From Pedobacter sp. (GTDB lineage Bacteria; Desulfobacterota; Desulfuromonadia; Geobacterales; Pseudopelobacteraceae), in assembly GCA_041672425.1 (NCBI GenBank), contig JBAYZR010000001.1, positions 1-51,490 of the forward strand: DNA of 51,490 nt, read 5' to 3'. The notes beneath the pieces are model-generated. The model was not told where the DNA came from. It worked only from the letters and a program-made list of their open reading frames with translations, and made no database searches. How positions within the stretch are numbered: the first letter of the stretch is position 1; every line of letters begins with the position of its first letter. Of the stretch, positions 47,098 through 51,490 are shown piece after piece. The translations under genes and the position numbers were made by a program.

Positions 47098-48531
47098 ATG
47101 GCCCGCATCAAAAAAACCACTCAACCGCAAACCACAACCCAGCAATTGGGTTCTATCGTCAAATCCTCCCGCGACATCATGCGTAAGGACAAGGGGCTTT
47201 CCGGCGACATCGACCGGCTCCCCGTACTTACCTGGATCATGTTCCTCAAATTCCTCGATGACATGGAGCGAATACGGGAGGAAGAAGCGATTCTTTCCGG
47301 TGAGAAGTTCCGGCCGGCAATTGAGACACCTTATCGCTGGCGCGACTGGGCCGCCCGGGAAGATGGCATCACCGGCGATGAGCTGATAGCTTTCGTCAAC
47401 AACGATGAAGCGGTTCGTCCGGATGGCACCAGGGGCGCCGGGTTGTTCGCCTATCTGCGCGGGCTCCAGGGAATCAATGGCGGCGACCGGCGAGATGTCA
47501 TCGCCACCGTATTCAAAGGCACCATCAACCGGATGATCAACGGCTACCTCCTTCGAGACGTGATAAACAAGGTCAACGGCATTCACTTCACTTCGTCCGA
47601 CGAAATTCACACCCTGAGCCACCTCTACGAATCCATGCTCAAGGAGATGCGCGATGCAGCCGGCGACGCGGGAGAATTCTATACCCCTCGCCCGGTTGTC
47701 CGCTTCATGGTCGATGTCCTCAATCCCATGTTGGGTGAAACCATCCTTGATCCGGCCTGCGGCACCGGCGGTTTTCTGGTGGAGGCCTACAACCATCTGG
47801 AGAAGCAGTGCAGTACCGTCGAAGAGCGAAATATTCTCCAGGGAAGCAGCATTTATGGCGGCGAAGCCAAGCCGCTCCCCTATCTGCTGGTGCAGATGAA
47901 CCTTCTGCTGCACGGGCTGGAATTCCCCAGAATCGACCCGGATAACAGCCTCCGCTTTCCGCTCAATGAAATCGGCGACCGGGATCGGGTGGATGTCATT
48001 CTCACCAATCCCCCTTTTGGCGGTGAGGAAGAGAAAGGAATTCTCAACAACTTCCCCGCCGAGATGCAGACCTCGGAGACGACGCTTCTCTTCCTCCAGA
48101 TGATCATGCGCAAGCTCAAACGTCAGCCAAAGCCCGGTCGGGCCGGGGTGGTCGTCCCCAATGGCATGCTCTTCGGCGACGGCATCTGCGGGCGAATCAA
48201 GGAACGGCTGATCAAGGACTTTAACCTGCATACCATAGTGCGTCTGCCCAACGGCGTTTTTGCACCGTATACCGGTATCCCCACCAACCTCCTTTTCTTC
48301 GACCGCTCCGGGCCGACAAAAGAGGTCTGGTACTATGAACAGCCGTTGCCGGAAGGGCGGAAGAACTACACCAAAACCCAGCCGGTCCAGTTCGAGGAAT
48401 TTGCCGATTGCCTGTCATGGTGGAAAAACAGGGAGGAGAACGAGCACGCCTGGCGCGTGCCGGTAGAGCGGATCATCGAGAACGGCTACAACCTGGACAT
48501 CAAGAATCCCACCGGCAAAGATGACTTCTAA
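47098..48531 (+). CDS. hsdM: Type I R-M DNA methyltransferase M subunit (C-terminally truncated by an in-frame TAA)
   Basis: ATG at 47098 after an AAAAGGA RBS. The HsdM N-terminal pattern DRLPVLTWIMFLKFLDD is present. AdoMet motif DPACGTGGFL and catalytic motif LTNPPFGG. Confidence 0.9.
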   Translation: MARIKKTTQPQTTTQQLGSIVKSSRDIMRKDKGLSGDIDRLPVLTWIMFLKFLDDMERIREEEAILSGEKFRPAIETPYRWRDWAAREDGITGDELIAFVNNDEAVRPDGTRGAGLFAYLRGLQGINGGDRRDVIATVFKGTINRMINGYLLRDVINKVNGIHFTSSDEIHTLSHLYESMLKEMRDAAGDAGEFYTPRPVVRFMVDVLNPMLGETILDPACGTGGFLVEAYNHLEKQCSTVEERNILQGSSIYGGEAKPLPYLLVQMNLLLHGLEFPRIDPDNSLRFPLNEIGDRDRVDVILTNPPFGGEEEKGILNNFPAEMQTSETTLLFLQMIMRKLKRQPKPGRAGVVVPNGMLFGDGICGRIKERLIKDFNLHTIVRLPNGVFAPYTGIPTNLLFFDRSGPTKEVWYYEQPLPEGRKNYTKTQPVQFEEFADCLSWWKNREENEHAWRVPVERIIENGYNLDIKNPTGKDDF

Positions 48532-48636
48532 CATCTGCCGCCGGAGCAGTTGGTGGAGGATATTGTTCGGAAGGAGCAGCGGATTTTGGAGATCATGGGT
48601 GAGATTAGGCAGGTTCTGGCGGGGAGTGGACTATGA
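48532..48636 (+). pseudogene. Severed in-frame tail of hsdM (34 codons)
   Basis: After the TAA at 48529-48531 the same frame continues HLPPEQLVEDIVRKEQRILEIMGEIRQVLAGSGL*. It ends in an ATGA overlap with the next gene. Confidence 0.6.
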
Positions 48637-49670
48637 AACCGGTTGTCGCTCTGGATCAAGTTTATGGAAGAATCAGAGAAGTTCTCGCGGAAGCCCGTTC
48701 TCAGGCCTACCGGGCAGTCAACTTCTCCATGGTGCAAGCATACTGGAATATTGGCCGGGTAATTGTGGAGGAGGAACAGCAGGGAAAAAATCGGGCCGAA
48801 TACGGCAAAAGCTTGATCAAGGGTCTCGCTGTGCGGCTCACTGCGGAATACGGCAAAGGGTTTGATCACTCGAACATCTGGAACATGCGGGCCTTTTATC
48901 TTGCTTTCACAAAAATCGACGCACTGCGTCGAGAATTGACCTGGACCCATTACCGCTTGCTGCTGCGGGTTGAAAAGGAAACCGCCAGGGATTTTTACCT
49001 TGATGAGTGTATCACCGCCAACTGGAGCACCCGCCAGCTTGAACGGCAGATCAATTCGTTGTACTACGAGCGTCTGCTGGCAAGCCGCGACCGCGAGCCG
49101 GTGCGGGCTGAGATTCAGGAGCTGGAACCCGGCCCCTCTCCGCAGGATGTCATCAAAGATCCGTATGTATTGGAATTTCTCGGTCTCGGAGATAATCCGA
49201 GCTTCCGGGAAAAAGTGCTGGAAGGAGCATTGATCGCCAAACTTCAGGAGTTTCTGCTGGAGCTTGGCCGGGGGTTCTCCTTCGTCGCCCGCCAGAAACG
49301 GTTCACCTTCGATGGTCAGCACTTTTTTATTGATCTGGTATTTTACAACTACGTCCTCAAATGCTTTGTTCTTATTGATCTGAAAGTCGGCACGCTGACC
49401 CATCAGGACATGGGCCAGATGCAGATGTACGTCAACTACTACACCCGCGAAATGATGAACGAGGGGGATAATGTTCCGATCGGCATTGTACTCTGTGCCG
49501 ACAAGAGTGATACCCTGGTTCGCTACACTCTGCCGGAGGGGAACAATCAAATCTTCGCCTCTCGTTACAAACTCTATCTGCCGACTGAAGAGGAGTTGGC
49601 GGCCGAACTGAAGCGGGAGAAACAGGCCATTGAATTGGAACGGCGGCTGACAGGGGTGGCGGATGAGTAG
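48633..49670 (+). CDS. YhcG/DUF1016-family PDDEXK nuclease-like protein
   Basis: 345 aa with LTWTHYRLLLRV, WSTRQLERQINSLYYERL, DPYVLEFLGL and FFIDLVFYNYVLKCFVLIDLKVG. Confidence 0.8.
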   Translation: MKPVVALDQVYGRIREVLAEARSQAYRAVNFSMVQAYWNIGRVIVEEEQQGKNRAEYGKSLIKGLAVRLTAEYGKGFDHSNIWNMRAFYLAFTKIDALRRELTWTHYRLLLRVEKETARDFYLDECITANWSTRQLERQINSLYYERLLASRDREPVRAEIQELEPGPSPQDVIKDPYVLEFLGLGDNPSFREKVLEGALIAKLQEFLLELGRGFSFVARQKRFTFDGQHFFIDLVFYNYVLKCFVLIDLKVGTLTHQDMGQMQMYVNYYTREMMNEGDNVPIGIVLCADKSDTLVRYTLPEGNNQIFASRYKLYLPTEEELAAELKREKQAIELERRLTGVADE

Positions 49671-50808
49671 CGCGTGGCCGCTGGTGGCTCTGGGGGAGAT
49701 GTTGACCCACCGTAAAGAGTTTATCCAGATCAACGATTTGGATAAATACAAGCGGTGCCGTGTGAAGCTTCATGCCCAGGGCATTGTACTTCGTGATGCG
49801 GTTACTGGCGCGGAAATCAAGACCAAGAAGCAGCAAGTATGCAAGGCAGGGGAATTTCTGGTTGCTGAAATTGATGCCAAAGTGGGCGGTTTCGGAATTG
49901 TGCCAGATGAATTGAACGGCTCCATTGTGAGCAGCCATTATTTCCTGTTTGGGATAAATGAATCGAAACTGGACAGGCGTTTTCTGGATTTCTACAGCCG
50001 AACTTCGGTATTCCGTGATCAGGTGGCGGCGCAAGGTTCGACAAATTATGCTGCAATCCGACCTAATGATGTTTTCGGATATACTATCCCACTCCCGCCG
50101 CTGGCCGAGCAACGGCGCATCGTGTCGCGTATTGAGGAACTGGCAGTTAAAATTGATGAGGCAAGTGGTCTCAGGCGGCAGGCACTGGAGGAAGCGGAGT
50201 TTTTGTGCCGATCTCTTGTTTTCGGTGACAAAAATTCAGTTCTTACACCGATGCATGAACTGGTTCGACCACGAGGCCATACCGTAAACGTGAAAGCTGA
50301 TGAAACATACCATTTTGCGGGTGTTTATTGTTTTGGAAGGGGTGTTTTTAGAGGTCAGAAAAAATCAGGAATGGACTTCGCATATAAGCAGCTCGGCCAG
50401 TTGAAGGCTGGAAATTTTGTCTATCCAAAACTTATGGCATGGGAAGGGGCACTTGGCGTAGTTCCGCAAGAATGTGACGGCCTTTATGTATCACCCGAAT
50501 TCCCGATTTTTGAGGTCATGGAAGATCGCGTATTGCCAGAGACCCTTGATGTATATTTTCGGACTCCTTCTGTCTGGCCACAGGTTGCGGGTGAAAGTAC
50601 CGGTACGAACGTCCGACGACGGCGGCTCAATCCTAAAGATTTTCTTTCCTACAGTATCCCGTTGCCATCCATGCAGAATCAGCTTCGGCTTCGAAAGGTA
50701 ACGCAACATGTTGATGCTCTCAAACCTATCCAAGTTGAGACTAAAGCTGAGCTGGACGCTATGTTGCCGTCGATTCTGGACAAAGCGTTTAAGGGTGGTT
50801 TTCAATAA
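49663..50808 (+). CDS. hsdS: Type I R-M specificity subunit
   Basis: 381 aa. There are two variable target-recognition regions. They are separated by the conserved helix PLPPLAEQRRIVSRIEELAVKIDEA and followed by IPLPSMQNQLRLRKV...LDAMLPSILDKAF. Confidence 0.85.
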   Translation: MSSAWPLVALGEMLTHRKEFIQINDLDKYKRCRVKLHAQGIVLRDAVTGAEIKTKKQQVCKAGEFLVAEIDAKVGGFGIVPDELNGSIVSSHYFLFGINESKLDRRFLDFYSRTSVFRDQVAAQGSTNYAAIRPNDVFGYTIPLPPLAEQRRIVSRIEELAVKIDEASGLRRQALEEAEFLCRSLVFGDKNSVLTPMHELVRPRGHTVNVKADETYHFAGVYCFGRGVFRGQKKSGMDFAYKQLGQLKAGNFVYPKLMAWEGALGVVPQECDGLYVSPEFPIFEVMEDRVLPETLDVYFRTPSVWPQVAGESTGTNVRRRRLNPKDFLSYSIPLPSMQNQLRLRKVTQHVDALKPIQVETKAELDAMLPSILDKAFKGGFQ

Positions 50809-50840
50809 ATATCAGTTAGATTAATGAATAGGATTTATTT

Positions 50841-51116
50841 ATGGTTGAACCCATATCTTTTACGTCGTTAGCTCAGGCAATTGGGGGCTGGACATTCAAA
50901 TACCTATCTACCAAAGTGCTTGATGAATTTAAGGATAGGTGGCTGAAGCCCTTCCTTAAAAGGCAAGACGTTGAAAAGAGCTTTTCCAGTGCAGTGGCAA
51001 ATGCGTTAGCTGAATTTCAACAAAAATATCCTGAAATATACCAATCCTTGTTTGATGAAACTTTCGTCGAACAACATGCCGTACCTGAGTTATGGAATAC
51101 AAAATACCTTGTTTGA
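50841..51116 (+). CDS. Hypothetical 91-aa ORF, possibly the N-terminal stub of a larger decayed gene
   Basis: ORF only. The downstream sequence to the window end has only broken short ORFs. Confidence 0.25.
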   Translation: MVEPISFTSLAQAIGGWTFKYLSTKVLDEFKDRWLKPFLKRQDVEKSFSSAVANALAEFQQKYPEIYQSLFDETFVEQHAVPELWNTKYLV

Positions 51117-51490
51117 ACTCGATAGGAGGCCGTCGCGAGACGGTGTGCCGGTGAGGCAAAGGCGACGGAGAAAGAAATCATGATCCTCATGAAGCGGTGA
51201 AGTACGGTTTCATCAGTGGTGGCGGAGGGAGATGGTACAACCAGACGCTTTTCCAGCTTTCACCGGGAGACCGGGGGAACCATGAGGGGTCAGGCACTCA
51301 CAATTCACCAGCATCCCTTTTGAAGAGAAAACGGTGGTGCGCAATGGTCACGAGGTTCTTAAGGGTAAGCTATTTAAACCTTCTAAGTAACTTATTGGTA
51401 ACCACTTGATTTATATAAAAACTGGATCTGGTGTTTGAGATTGTTTTTCAACCAAATCAAACCCCAGTTCCTGGGCTTTCCTTCTTAAAT

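Noticed and set aside
47065-48231. 388-aa minus-strand ORF
   Set aside because: Antisense to hsdM, which carries the DPACGTGGFL and NPPFGG motifs. No recognisable motifs in the antisense frame.
48528-49751. 407-aa minus-strand ORF
   Set aside because: Antisense to the YhcG/DUF1016-like gene, which has strong family motifs on the plus strand.

Overview
This is 51.5 kb from a moderately GC-rich bacterial chromosome. Gene content looks deltaproteobacterial or Desulfuromonadales-like, but that is a weak inference. Positions 1 to ~17.6 kb are core genome: hypD (partial), hypC and hypF on the minus strand, asnS, a helical-repeat protein, a Phd/ParE toxin-antitoxin pair, a decayed MNT/HEPN pair, a McrC fragment, a SWIM-SNF2 helicase, trpD, a CheY-type response regulator, argJ and secA. 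This part also holds two copies and one solo end of a ~190-bp MITE-like repeat. tRNA-Glu(UUC) at 17656-17733 is followed by a P4-type tyrosine integrase and an integrative, satellite-like island. The island carries alpA, a replisome organizer with internal GTCACG iterons, an HD protein, a frameshifted metallophosphoesterase and an orphan AbiEi. Its main cargo is a Type I R-M locus. hsdR (26292-28667) is separated from hsdM, a yhcG-like gene and hsdS (47098-50808) by ~18.4 kb holding three nested cassettes, which are visibly more AT-rich than the flanking DNA. The cassettes are separated from one another by duplicated, diverged copies of the 3' end of hsdR. Cassette 1 holds a DUF4143 AAA ATPase, a HEPN-like protein, an unknown 177-aa protein and a frameshifted ~2100-aa DUF4011/Upf1-like helicase-endonuclease. 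Cassette 2 is a four-gene block: a P-loop NTPase fused to a PIG-L/LmbE deacetylase, a 1-TM protein, a DUF3800-like protein and a retron-type reverse transcriptase. The RT is preceded by a promoter and a 19-bp RNA stem containing G-U pairs. I consider cassette 2 the best candidate for an undescribed defence system. Cassette 3 is a SIR2-STAND-TPR (Avs5-like) protein. hsdM carries an in-frame TAA that severs its last 34 codons. I saw no CRISPR array, rRNA or transposase, and the distal att site of the island is not in the window. All domain calls rest on motifs read by eye from the translations; no database search was run.
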